Assembly (NCBI GenBank): GCA_002189035.1
Contig: NEEC01000009.1
Location: 2,108,001-2,172,000 of the forward strand
Length of the DNA: 64,000 nucleotides
Source of the DNA: Utricularia gibba
Taxonomy: Eukaryota > Plantae > Magnoliophyta
Reading direction: 5' to 3'
The position numbers were made by a program, and so were the translations under genes. The notes below the pieces were generated by a model. That model saw only the letters and a program-made list of their open reading frames with translations. It did no database searches and was not told the origin of the DNA. Position 1 is the first letter of the stretch, and each line of letters opens with the position of its first letter. This document shows positions 25,627-38,944 of this stretch, one piece after another.

Positions 25627-25792
25627 ATGCATGGACCTGGAATGACTATGCATAGATCAACCCTATTTGTTTGATCCGTTCTAGTGACAGCATTCCCATT
25701 TTTATTATCACTTCCGGTACTAGTAGGGGCAATTACCATGTTATTAACTGATCGAAACTTTAATACAACTTTTTTTGATCCTACTAAAGGGG
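25627..25792 (+). pseudogene. cox1: Nuclear copy (NUMT) of a mitochondrial cox1 fragment
   Basis: Translates as [54 protein letters not shown]. This matches the conserved COX1 segment [54 protein letters not shown], with TGA in place of Trp. Confidence 0.93.
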
Positions 25793-25921
25793 TTAATGGC
25801 TCAATTTATTATGAAATATTTGGTATTTATTCCAAATAATACATTGATATTGCTTCAATGTTTCATTTATTTTAAACAGTACAATTTATACAACAATATG
25901 AAAATAAATATGATAAATGTT

Positions 25922-28900
25922 TCATTTTCTGAAGTTACGAAATCCACCGAAAAATCTATCCAATATGGAAACAGCTTCTTTTGAAGTAGGTTTATTGCTA
26001 GACCTTGTTCTAGTTGAAGGTTGAGAGAACTCTTGTGGATACGAAATAGAATGTCTCGCGGGAATTCGTCCTCTATAGTTATTAGGCTCTCCTCCAAAGT
26101 AATTTGAATTTTTTCCATAAAAACTTGATTGTCTATAAGTACTTGGATTTCCTTCTTCAAGATTTGATGGCATCAATATCATATCACGACTTTGAGGTGA
26201 TGAACGCTCTTCTAAACCATGATGAACATACTCTTGTTCAGCAGGAGTCTCTGTAGTTGTTTTACGTGGTTTTTGTACTCCAACAGAATGACATCCTTTA
26301 CGATTTTGAAAATCAACAGCACCCTGATAATGTGATGTCTTCTTATGGCCAACCCTTGTACTTTCATATTCAAGATCAACATGAAGTGTAAAACCAGCAG
26401 ATGGCCAATATGACTTATCTCGACAAGGGTGAACCTCATATGCATAAGTTTTCTCCATAAAACAAGTATGATAAAACTGACTTGCCCTTGTTCTTGGATT
26501 TATATTAAATTCATGACAAGCCTACAATAAGATATTGTGTTAGATATAAAAAATAAAATATAGATTAATATAAAACATACACTTTGTGCATAAAGGCATG
26601 TAAGAGATTCTGTTTGCCAAAATCCACAGTCACATGTTCCATTTCGTATGTTTACTCTAAAAGTAGTAGAATTATGAATTCCCATCTCAGTAACATTGCA
26701 CTCCATGTTTCGATCATTATATCTTTTGCAAAGAAGGTTTTGAACTTGTTCCTTGTGATGCTTGTAAACTTGTTGAATTTTTTCTGCAAAATATTTTCTT
26801 TGTGCATGATACTTAGTAGCTCTCTCTTTGCCTTTCTCAAAATAATAAAGCTCTTTTTCAAATGTGACCTGCATAATCATTTAGTTATTTATATTTAATC
26901 TCATAATGATGGTTGAAATAAGAAAATAAACCTTTGCAATAGCAGTAGGAGGAAGGTGTCGAGTTCCTTTGAGTACACCATTTAATGCCTCCACATGATT
27001 TGTCGTCATGATGGTTTTTCTTCACAAACATAAATATGTTAGGAAATTAATTTAGAATTTTAAAATGTATTAAAAATTACATACCTGTCTCCATTATCGT
27101 AAACTAATGTCCACAATTCAACGGGTATATCCATCATATATTTATATGCTCCGGGACATGAATCATAAACCGCTTGCATTCTTTCTAAGAATTCTTTTTC
27201 TGTTCATGCGACAATAGCAGACCATATGAGATCCTTAATCCGCGATGTAGACTTCTTTTTGTTGTATTTCAAGCAATTACTCCTTAAATGATATAGGCAC
27301 CATTTATGATTCCCAAGAGGAGGACTAAACTTTGGAATTTTCCCATAAGCAACTACTAAACCTGAGCCTCGGTCACTTATGATACATACTTGACGTTCAC
27401 GAACAACATGAATATCAAGATTCTTTAAAAACCATTTCCAAGATGAACCTGATTCTGAAGGCACACACCCATATACCACAGGTAATATATGCTTATTTGC
27501 ATCAATAGCTATTGCAGCCAATAATACATACTTATAACCACCGTAGAGATGCGTTGCGTCAACACAAAGCACTGGTCTGCAATATTTAAAAGCTTCTATA
27601 GCAAATCCAAAAGCCCAGAAAACATATTTTAGGAGTTGTCTCCCTTTAGCATCTATATTATTCTCAAAATTCACAATAGTACCCGGATTTTGCCGTTTCA
27701 CCTCTTCAAGATAATTTGGTAACTCTGCACATGAATCATCCCATGAACCATATTGCAACTCATATGACTTAGTCAAAGCCATCCATGCTTGCCAATAAGA
27801 AATTGTAAACTTATACTCTCTTTTGATATAAGCTTGAATTGCTCTAGCTGTTATCTTCGCATTTGTATCCAATATAAGATGGATGATGATTCGAGGAGCA
27901 ATGAAATCAGATGTCAAGTTAACATGCTTTTTAGCCAAAGAGTTTCTTATCTCACATGTATGTGGCCCATTGTATGAAGAAATCTTCCATGTGCATGTTC
28001 ATTTTTGTAGCCCTGTATTCAAAGACCAAGAACAATTTGGTTGCAGACATTTAACAGCATAAAGTGAATTATTTCCTCTTCGTAATATATACTCCCTTTT
28101 GACGTTGATATTGTATAATTTCACAGCATCCTTCAAAACTTGCTTGTCTTTAAAATGCATGTCAATTGATAGCTCTTTTGAATCTTCATTATAGTAATTC
28201 ATTGAATAGTCACTTTGCATAGCTGCATCCTGCCACATTTCTGGTGGTGAGGATGGTTCATCTTCTTGTGATTCATATTCAGGAATCTCTTCTTCAACAT
28301 CTGCTAATATATTAGAGGCACTATCTGCATGCATTTCATCTGAGTAATCATGATCAGTTGGTATATATGTCGGGTCATCTTCATCAGTGTTAACCTCATC
28401 ATAATGTTTGAAAGCTGATAAAAAAAACATGGAATATTTATTAAATACTGAAAAAAATATTTTAACCTTATAAAAATGCAAATCTAATCATTTTCTAGTG
28501 TTGGTTGTTGATAAGCCGTTGAAAAACCAAAATTAGGATCAAATGGATCAAAGTTGTCATTATAGTTGATATCTCTATTTGTGTTTTGATTCTCGAAATA
28601 TGGAGTATTCAAATTATATTCATCACTTGAAATTTTGAAATTGTAAATGTTGACAAATTATATGTAAAAAAAATAAATTTGAAATAATTAAATAATTACC
28701 ATGCTAATTAGAAGAAGAAGGAAAACCCGAACTTTCCGTATCAATATAAAGTTCAATACTCGAATCCTTGTTATGTGACATTAACAACAAATCCGTATTT
28801 GTAAGCGAAACATAGCTAATATTACTTGTATTTGCGTCGAAGAATTTGGCGGTGATCCGAATTGAATATAAATTAGGATTTATATTCAATTCTCTATAAA

Positions 28901-29030
28901 TATTCCTGAGCAATTCTCTACAATAATAATGCTTATCGAATTTCAATCATATTGCATGTACCCGGTATGAAGATCATTGATAAAAGAACCTCCAAAGAAC
29001 AACTTCAGAGTAACTTAGCCATTAATTGAG
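25922..29030 (-). pseudogene. MuDR/MULE transposase pseudogene
   Basis: Fragments in order: N-terminal 'LFFGGSF..Y' and PB1-like piece (about 29000-28704); MuDR domain 'HFKDKQVLKDAVKLYNI...VKCLQPNCSWSL' ending at an in-frame TGA (27999-28001) before 'TWKISSYNGPHTC'; DDE domain 'CRPVLCVDATHLYG...IISDRGSGL...HKWCLYHLRSN'; a 1-nt frameshift at about 27205; 'MTTNHVEALNGVLK' (about 26960-27010); degenerate SWIM 'CDCGFWQTESLTCLYA' (His lost); 'YAYEVHP...YWP' tail. Confidence 0.92.
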
Positions 29031-30312
29031 CAACTAAAATAATGAATGATTTATCAATGAACGCCTTCAAGGCTTTTATAGACAAAATATAGAATAACTT
29101 TGAAAATAGGAAATGTATTTTCATGATACCAAGCAAAGTAAAGAATATTTGTATTGAAATGTTATGTTTATTTTTTGGAAAAATGTCATACAAGCCGTTA
29201 AACATGAGAATTGTTTTCATTTTTGCCATCAAATTTGTTTTGTTTCACTAATATCATTAAATATATAAAAACTTCATTATTAATTGTAATAAAAAATGGT
29301 TTATTTGATTTGTCCAAACGGTTTGTAACTAAGTCTTATTTTTTACCATTTATTATTTAATAACTAAGTTGCTATTCAAATATTAAATTTTTTTTATTGT
29401 TATTTAAAACTTTGACATTAAATTTATATACAAATTACTTAAAAAACGTTATAGCAATAAATCTTTACAAATAAGACTTTTATTGATTATGTAAAATGTT
29501 AATAATTATTTTTTTTAAAACACATTAAAAAAATATAAATGAAAACAGGTGCCCTGCACCAAATACTTTTCCAAGTATTGCTATGTGATAAAGAGAAAGA
29601 GGTGTGAGGTGCCTAATCCCAAATTCAGCCCAAGAGCACTGCTTTTGTAAGCTTCATTCACACCTAACAACAATTGCTTCTCTTGGTAAATGGGAATCCC
29701 CACCACTTGCTCTCTCTTCACCAATTTGTGTGTGGCGTGGCTGGCGCACATATTCGGGAAAAAAGGCAGCCCCCACTTGCAGGAAGGAGGGACACGTCAG
29801 GGCAAAGCATTCATGGGGTGTAGGGCACCCACTTCATCCTCGGCAGCGCTGACCCCACCGCATCCCATCCTGCCCTAAATAATATTACTTATAATTTCCT
29901 TATTTTAAATAAAGAATCAAATTTCCCAGGAAAAAAAAACAAATATTGTATAATTAAATAATATATCTTTGTTTTTAATTGTTAATAATCTCAACCACTT
30001 TCTTACACGTGTTAGAAATTAGGTACAATGCTAATCCAATGATTCAAGCACGTGATTTATGAGACCATGGTTCCAGAACTCTCCAGAGTCATCGCGTAAG
30101 ATTTCGTCAGCAAAGACCAACCCCATATTCTACTTTCATTTTTTGAGACGAAACCCATAAGCCAAAATGAGTCCATGGATTCATGCATTGCACTGAAGCA
30201 AGACAATCTTCCATTCAAGCTACATTTCATTTCATTGCATCTCATGGAGGAGGTGGATTTGGGTTTGTGGGCAAGCAAAATCTGGGTAAAACACACAAGG
30301 AACTTCCTGGGT

Positions 30313-33300
30313 TTAGGAAATCTTGATCCGCCAGTTGTTTGAAATTTGGAGGCCAGGCTTGCGGATGGTGGGAGCGGTTGAGCTTGAGCTTCCCAGGAAT
30401 GTAACAGGCCCCGTCACGATGTTCACCTTCCGATTATCAGGCTCCACAACCGCTGTTTTTGGTTTACTGGACAATCCAAGAAGAATGATTCTGTCGATGC
30501 TGCAGGGGGAGGTGAATCTCCCAAGGCCGGTGTTGGAGGAAGACAGCACTCCGTTGGCGAATGTGAAATGGAGATGGAGATAGGCACCCTTTTGGAATTC
30601 GAAGCTCTTCCCATCGTCGATGTAGAGCTCGCCTTCTGCTGCATTCGAGCTGTTGAGCGCTACCACCTGAAAAAATGCATTCCGGCGTACAAATTTAACT
30701 GCCCTGATTCTCCGGGATATGGAAGTTTTGAGGCTTACCAGTGTGTAGGGATCATTTTCCATTTGTGTGGAGCTTCGTCTGAACCGATCCTTGCGAGGTA
30801 TGATGGTACCTGCACGTTGGAAGCTTGGTATCCTGTCTTGTAAAGCTTCCAGAGTATGAGTTGCTCCTCCCTTATACGTAGTTCCAGTCCTCAGGTCGTA
30901 CCAAGGCTCGATACCAGGAAGATAGACCGAGACATGCTTCGCTCGCTGGGTTATCATTGAGCATAAAAAGAAGAGAAATCAATCTACTTGAGGAAGACGA
31001 GCATCAGTGCAAGAATAAAGAATGCAAGGCTTGGTAAAGGGAGGAGCACCTCGGTGTATATCCCCTGAACCAGAAGACTGTTTCCGACCATAAATGCCTC
31101 ATCGTTGCTGAATGTTTTTTCATCCAACGGAAATTCCATCCAAAGAGGGCGAGCCACTGGAATCCCAGTAGCATTTGCCTCTCTGAATAATGTATAAAAA
31201 TAGGGTACCAACATATATCTTACATGTATAGCATCGCGGATAAGTACTGTGTTCTCTTCCCTGCAACCAAAGTATCATGTCAAAGTCCAAAAAAAAAAGC
31301 AGCAAAATGGCCTTAAGGTTCATGGCAACTCGAGATGAATAGTGTTTTTATGTCAAAACACATGGCTGTGATTTATGTTCAGTAAACATTCAACTTTCCA
31401 TGCTCAAAAGTGATGGAAACATGAATTGTATGGTACCCGAATAACCAAGGTTCTCGCCGTTTTGTGTCATGATGAGCATGTGCTCTAAAGAAGGGATAGT
31501 AGGCTCCCAGCTGATACCAACGAATCAGCAACTCAGTGTTAGGATTACCAAAAAACCCACCAACATCAGCACCTGTGAAGGATAAATAAAAATGGGTGCG
31601 TCTATTGGAACACGTGAACGAGATGATACGACGATAGAAAATTTACTGACCAGAGAATGACAACCCAGTGAGGCCAAGAGATAAAATCATAGGAACAGAA
31701 ACTCTCAAGTGTTCCCACTCTGCAGTGTTATCTCCAGTCCAAACTGCTCCATATCGTTGGGTTCCAGGGAAAAATGCTCTGGATAGGACAAAGGGTCGAT
31801 CCCTTCCCTCCCCCCGCTTAAGAAGTCCATCAGCCGTAGCCATGTGGAAGTAGTAGCCATAGGCATTGTGAAGCTCCCGATGCTCAGCATCTCCATAGTG
31901 TAAAGCATCTCTTGGCATTGACACCTGAATGATGGTAAAATGTTTTTGTCAGAGAAGCGTCAAATCACATAATTTTGAAGAAGGCTCATTGCTCAAAAGC
32001 TCTTATGAATGCTTGCATCACCAAATAATTACTGTTGTTATACAGGTGAAGGAAAAAAGTTAATAACTTTCAATATCCAAATATATAGGTGCAGATCATC
32101 TATTAACACATCAATGTTGGCAAAGGAAACAAATTGTAAACTTAATTTAACTTTAAGGGTATTCCTGTGAATTTATCTAATTGCACAAATTCAGGCTCTC
32201 TACAGACGTCAAATGATAGCCAGATTGATCGCAAGTGCCATAAGGGTAAAAAAAAAAAAACACGAGGAAGTTCCGTCTGTGATTTCACGCCAGCCTCAGA
32301 AAAGTTATGCACCCAAAAAAAGATAGAAAACCAACAATAAAAATACAATAACCATGCATTAAGATTGTTACACAGTTAAAAAAAAAAAAAACTGACATTA
32401 GTTTCCATAGCATGCACTATCTATACAATCTGCATCATCCATGACACAGTCCGCCAAAAATTAATTCTCCCAGAAACAAAACGCCAGAAACTATGGAACA
32501 AAAAAAACGTTATTATTTACCTCTGGACCATTGAACACTGAAGGTTCATTCATATCATTCCAGATGTACAAGGACGATGTGGAACCAACATAATTCTTAT
32601 ATGAGAATTTCTCTGCCCACCAAGACCTAATTTCTGGATTGACAACGTCCAAGTAAGATGAGGAGCCAGGCCAGCACCACCCATCAAAGTCATTGCCACT
32701 TGAGTCCTTTACATAGAATCGTTTTTCTGTAGCCTCCTTATGTATGAAATATGAATCATCTCGCTTAATGTGAGGATCCACGATTGTCACCATATGCCTA
32801 CCTTTGTCAGCCAACTTCCTCTGCATCTCTTCTGGGTTTGGGAATAAAAGCTTGTCCCAGGTAAAATACCTTTTCCCATCAGTATGATCAATATCAAGCC
32901 ACAGGACATCATAGGGAATGTTGTACTCATCGAATTTGGCATCAACATTACTGACATCCTCCTCATCCCTATAATTCCACCTGCACTGATGGTAGGCAGT
33001 GGCAAACAACTGAGGCATGGCTGGTGCTCCTGTCACAGTAGTATACTGCCTAACTACATCTTTTGGTCCAGGACCAACAAAAAAGAAGGCATCCACCACA
33101 CCAGCCTCACTCATCCACAAGGTGTCAATCCTTTTCTGACTAGAAGGCAACTTTAAAACTGATTCGGATTCATTATCCCAACCTGAACCTAAAACATCTA
33201 TCTGCATTTCAGCTGCATTCAACCAGAAAAACCCTGAACTACCTCGGGACTTACCATGAGATAACATAAATGGAATACTCCCATAAAGACCAAAAGGCGA

Positions 33301-34098
33301 GTCATGTATGTATTCAAAAACATCAAGATTAAAAAGCCTGTAAGGTTCTGAATGCTCAAGCTCAGGTCCCCTGGTTGGCTTTAGCGCCAGGCTACTTGCA
33401 TGTTCCGGGATACCATAAACAAAATCAGCATCATAAAATGAGACATCAAAGCTAATACTCTGTGGTCCGTATGGCCTTTTATCAGTATGACTCCTAAATC
33501 TCTCCTCCCAATCTTCATCTTCCTTTTTCTCCCTTAAATGTTCGAAATCAAACAAACCATTTGAATTCAAAGACAACACCTTTTTGCCATTTCTACCTCT
33601 CTCCCTAACAAAAACCTCGAAAGGATTATGCCTAATCGCACCCTCATACCCATCAGAAAGATAAAACGTCGACAAGGTACCGGATCCATCCTCATTGGTC
33701 TCTTCTTCCAATCTCTGAAGCCACAGCTTTGTACCCAGAAACTCAGGTACAATGACATCAGGCACCTCAAATCTTTTCTTGTGTGGCCCTAAACTTTGGT
33801 CCTCATCTATTCTCAGTCTCATCACCCCATCCTGGTAAGCCGATAGACTGAGAACTAAAGGCTTCGCAGGAATCTCCTCGCTCTCCAAATTTTCCCGATT
33901 GCTCTCTAGCTTTGCCACAAGATCGCCATCGGCGATGGCGACATGGGTGACCACCAATGGGCAGGAACCGGGCTTCCGCGAACGGGCACGCTTGCAAAAT
34001 GGGGTTTGATTGCAGTTCCTGAACTCGTCTTTTTTCCAAGAGAAACCGTAGTCAACGAACAAACAGAGAATCAAAAAGAGGTAGAGAGCCTTTCCCAT
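30313..34098 (-). CDS. RSW3: ER glucosidase II alpha subunit (GH31)
   Basis: Exons 34098-32521, 31924-31651, 31572-31437, 31260-31050, 30945-30739, 30666-30313 (2760 nt = 919 aa). Signal peptide, [19 protein letters not shown], catalytic [11 protein letters not shown] and [33 protein letters not shown]. Confidence 0.96.
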
Positions 34099-34374
34099 GA
34101 CGTTTGCTGCCCGATCGCTATAGAGATCTCAGCATCGAATCATACATTGTAGCAGCAGCGGCCAAGAAATGCTGTTCCCATTGGCGGATGTGGGAAGAGA
34201 GGCTCGAAGTGTGAATTGAAGGTTCAACTGCGAACTTATTTAACAAAAATGGCGAGACTTAAAAATGATTTTGAGGAAAAGGGTTTCCACTTTCCAATAT
34301 ATCCGACAGTTTGGGGGTGAAATATCTGAGTGTTGATTAGCTGAGTGATCGTACTCCTCCCGAGATTACGGCGA

Positions 34375-36800
34375 ATGGCCGTTTCAGTGTCTGGATTCTC
34401 TGCCTTCGCAGCGCTTTCACCGTTCTTGTTCAAGAAGTCGAGTCTTCTTATGCCGTACGTCGAATTTCCTCTGCACCCGACATCATTGAAAGGAGGTTGT
34501 GGATGCACTTCCTTATCTTGCTATGCGGCGGCAAAGCAGCAGAAGAGTAGCGCGCCGCCGGCGACGAATAAGAAGCGGAGACCCAGTGGCAGAAATAGTA
34601 ACAAAGGTGTGGTTCAGGATTTTGAGAGAGAAAGGCGCCGTAGGGTCGATGATAGTTTGGAAGTGTTGGAATCGCCATCGCAATCGTCTCGTTCGTCGTA
34701 CACGCCACTGCCTCTGCCGAAACCCCCGGCTGGGTTCTTGTTAGATGAACAAGGGAAAGTTATTAAGGTTTCGGACAGGCGCATTGCAATGATTGTGAGT
34801 CCACCTTTATCTAGCGAAAGACGCAACTTTTATCTAGGGCATGAGTAGAGCTTGTTGAACATCAAAGTTCTTGTTTCTGGCTAAGTGTTTTTTGGGAGTA
34901 TTCCCATTTTTTACCCACAAAGGACATACTTTTCATTTAGTTTGGAGGCAGTAATATTGAATTTCGAATGTTGACTCGAGTGTTATTTCACTTATTGGCA
35001 TGCGGTCTTTAATATATTTGCCTGTGTAGTCCCATTATGTTTTCTGATAGATCAGTTTTAGGTTGATTCTACAAATAACTCCCCACTGGAGTGCGTCATC
35101 AGGCGAGTTTTTACAAATTCACATGGGGATGAATGCTTGCTACTTTGCCCAGTTGATACGTAAGTTGTATTTTGTTGATGCCATCTTTATATGTTTGCAT
35201 TCTGGTTACTAATTGTAAAGGGATGTAACTATTTTCAGGCCTGTTCAGATTCTAAAGAGTGTCAACGTTGAAGGATGGTCCGCGGTAAGTAATCACTCAT
35301 CTTGCTAAGGTCTTTATATGGAACCTTCGAATAATATCTGTATAGACTTGAGTGCTTGGAGAATCATTCACATCAATTACTGAGAGATACAATATTTAAC
35401 ATATTGGTCTGTATAGGGAATGTAACACAGACCCAATACAATTTGTTTTGGATCGGATACACCCTTGCTAAATGATAGAATTTGTACAAGAGAAGTAGGT
35501 GATAAGAGATGAACGAACAAGAACATTGTAGAATACATCTTTCGTATGTACTATCTGTCTGATGACTGGAATATAATTAGAATACTTGTATGGGGCTACA
35601 TAGAACTAGTGTATTTTATGATGGTTCAATTCTTGCATTTGTAAGTAGAACCCTCTACTGTCGCACATAAGTTGAAATTCTTTGAAGTTTTTTTTTTTTT
35701 TTCCTACTTTTTAGATCAGTGATGAAGAAGTTGAGGCCATCCTTCCGTCTGCGGCATATGCATTAGCCAAAATACATATGCATCTCATATGCAGTGGGTA
35801 AGGCATGTGTAAGGCATTTCTATCAAATACTCATGCTATCAAGTATTTCTTTCATGTAATAATGTGCTATGGGATGTTCTCTGCTTCAGGTTTTGTTATA
35901 CAGCTCGAGGAGGTTTTTGCTACTCCGAGGATGATGTATTCGAATTTCATATTGGTACAACTTTTCTTCACTTTTTTATGATCATGCAACAGTGCCACTT
36001 CAGGTTGATGACTGTGTTTAGTACCCAATTCACTTTGTGCAGATAGCGGCGAAGATGTTGATGGCTTGCCAACAGAAGTGATCGAAATCACATGCTTTCA
36101 TATGGTACGACACTAGAATTTTAATGCTGAACTTAATTCCACTGCATGTTTGAAGACTACTTTGGAAAGAAACGCTTGTTTTCTGTTTGCTTGTGTTTGT
36201 TTTATGTTGCCTTCATTTAAAGATGCTTCTGTTCCCTGGAGCATTCTGTCTCTGAGCAAACATCAAATTACTTGCAAGCGCTGGCATATGACATGCCAAC
36301 CAGAAGGAATGTATGCCCTTTTTTTTTTTTTTTTATCTGATCTCCTTACTGTCCTGCAGGATGGTTCTCACTACATGATTTATACACCTTCTGATCCTCT
36401 TCTCTTTGTCGCAATTCGGGTGAAAGATTCTGAACCATGTGGTTGTTTTCATCTCACATGTTTTTTAGGTTGCTTATTTACATCATTTTCACTCTGATAT
36501 TACAGGATAAATCTGGCGCATTACAGATAGCAGACGATGTAAGTAAAACTCAAAAACTTGCTTGACTTAAGATTTCAAGTAGATTATTTAGGCGAAGCAT
36601 CAATTAACAGGAACTATTGGAAGACCCTGCTGTAATCAGTGCCATAGACGAGGAGACAGAATTCAATGCACTAGTGGTTCGTTCTGTCATCTATGTTTGG
36701 TCTACCGCTTATGGCTAAGCAACACATTTTTTATTGGTGATTCTCTGGTAAGCAGGAAGAAGAGGCTGTTCTCCTGGATTCATTAATGGGAAAAAGGTGA
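34375..36800 (+). CDS. DUF3727-family protein, probably plastid-targeted
   Basis: Ten exons: 34375-34794, 35062-35159, 35239-35284, 35715-35797, 35890-35954, 36043-36104, 36360-36419, 36506-36538, 36611-36676, 36756-36800 (978 nt = 325 aa). Ser-rich transit-like N-terminus; 'LECVIRR...LLLCPVDTPVQI' and 'YMIYTPSDPLLFVA' resemble the cyanobacterial DUF3727 motifs as I recall them. Confidence 0.85.
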
Positions 36801-37006
36801 TCACATTCACAACGTTGCACTTTCCATATCTAGAGGCCGCGTGTGTGTTTATAGTTAAATGGCTCGCTGTTGATTCTCTGCTTTTGTATCTATCTCCTTG
36901 TTGCTAGATTCCGTTGACAGATAGAAGATGTTTTGTCATATGGATTTCCTATCGCAGATTTGTGGAAATTTTCTCATGCAAGTAGAATTGAATGATTCTT
37001 AGTGCT

Positions 37007-38717
37007 TTACAAATGCACAAGGTTTTCCTTCAGTAAGGCTCGAGTTTTTTGATCTGGACTGAGGCCACTTTCACACATCCTAGTGTACAGTTTTCTTGCT
37101 GAATTCATCTCCTTCTTCAAGCACAAACCTTGAATTGCGACATTGTAAAGCAGTTCATTGGACGTTGGCTGCAACAAGGAAAATGGCAGAAAATGTTAGT
37201 GAGGGAAGGAAAAAAACATTATTAAAGCAAACACAGCTGATTACATCAAGGATGCTCTCCAGTTCACTCCACAGGGAACCCCAGATGCACATTCTTATTA
37301 GAGGCAACAAAGTAAATGAATCTGGGGTGTGTTTCTGTTGAAGCATGTGATAGTAAACTTGCAATGCTGCCATTGGTTCCTTGGCGACCTCACATGCTCC
37401 GATGGCGAGGTTATAAGATGTAACCGTAGCACAGATTCCGGATGTTTCCATTTCCCACAACAGTTGCACTGCTCTCTCCCATAGCCCCAACCTCTGGCAT
37501 GAAACCAGACATGTATTGTACACATGCAGATTCAAGACATTTTTTTGCTGCTTGCTGATGCTGTCGAAGATTTGAAGTGCATCAGAACAGCGATCAACGC
37601 GGTTCAATGCAACAAGGAGTGCATTCCAAGAGTATGCATCTGGGGTATGACCAAATGACCTGATCAGATCATAGGCCTCAAATGTTTTATCTAATTGATC
37701 TGTTTTCCCAAGCATGCTGATCAAGGCATTGCAGGTTGTAAGGGAGGGCTTCATTCTTCTATCCAGAAAGGCTTGAAGAACACCTAGTGCCATATCACAC
37801 TTTCCTTCCCTAGAGCATGCTCCAATTACAGCTTGCATAACATCAGCACAAGGGTTTACTCCATTTCGAACCATCTCACTATACGCATCCAGCGCAAGTT
37901 CGTTCTGATCACAGCGCACAAAGATGCAGACCAGAAGCCGGTATGTTATAGCACTTCCCACAATGCTTTTCTCTTGCATTGTTCTCCATATTCTTTCAGC
38001 ATGAGACCAGTTATTGACTTTCCCAAATACCCCTATCATTGTGTTAAAAACAACCAAATCCATGTGTTTCTTGGTTTTGCTGTTTCTTTCTGCTTCTTCA
38101 AACATACTTAGTGCAGATTGGCATCCCTGAGAATGGGCCACTGCTTTCAAAATCAGGCTGTAACTATGCCCTGTGATGATGTCTCTTGACTTCATGAACT
38201 GGAATACAGTCAAAGCATCATCTACTCTTTTATTCCTTATGAGGCAAGCGAGAAGGGAATTGCAAGCATGCGAATCAGGCTGCAGGCCTGAAAACATCAT
38301 CGATCTATGCAACGCCAATGCACTTCTAACTTTGTTACATCTGCTGAGCTCCAAGATCCTTCTTGATAACACCTTTTCATCCCTTTCTTCTAAGCAAAAT
38401 ATCTCATTTTCATTCCACGCCCTTGAATCCTGTACTTCTTCTGTGGATGATTTGGACTCAAAGCTTTGATTTCCATGGTTAGACTTACATGGTGAAAAGG
38501 TTTCTGGGATTCTTATTTTCGAAGCTGCTGATGAATTCCTCAACCCCTCTGACAACGCCGCAGGTACATAGCCATGAGTTTTGTGAATGCGACGAATGGA
38601 AGTTGCTGAGCAACTAAGGTACTGGATATGGGTTCTGTAAAAAAATGGATTTTGATGGGTGCTCGTGCTTATGGAACCAGAGAAACATGGTTGGCTGCCG
38701 AGCATCTCCAGCATCAT
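37007..38717 (-). CDS. P-type pentatricopeptide repeat protein (EMB2076/At3g29290-like)
   Basis: Exons 38717-37245 and 37168-37007 (544 aa). Tandem 35-aa repeats such as HACNSLLACLIRNKRVDDALTVFQFM, VVFNTMIGVFGKVNNWSHAERIWRTM, TTCNALISMLGKTDQLDKTFEAYDLI and YSWNALLVALNR. Confidence 0.93.
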
Positions 38718-38944
38718 CTCATCTCCCCAAGAAGAGTCCCCAGATGATTCAACACTGACTCTGAAAAAAAAGAATTTGAAACTTTTTTACCTTCGAGAAA
38801 TGGGTTTAAGTAATTTAATGGATGCCGGAGATCCAAAAAGCCGAAGCCAAGATCTTTTACCCCGAACGGTGTCGTTCTGATGAGTCGACCTAAAATTCAC
38901 AAAAACCCAGAGGAGGTTCAAGCGAGTTGAAGAAGAAGAAGAAG

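Larger units (their letters stand above)
24405..29630 (-). mobile_element. Mutator-like DNA transposon (MULE), 5226 bp, decayed
   Basis: Perfect 9-bp direct repeat CAAGAGCAC at 24396-24404 and 29631-29639 (canonical Mutator TSD length). Imperfect ~90-bp TIRs with a perfect 20-bp core (TTGGTGCAGGGCACCTGTTT 24471-24490; inverse at 29543-29562). Internal MuDR-type transposase relic. Confidence 0.92.

Noticed and set aside
24463-29572. Shorter MULE boundaries starting at the GAAAGT/GGAAAAGT motif
   Set aside because: No TSD at these ends; TIR similarity continues outward to 24405 and 29630, where a perfect 9-bp TSD is found.
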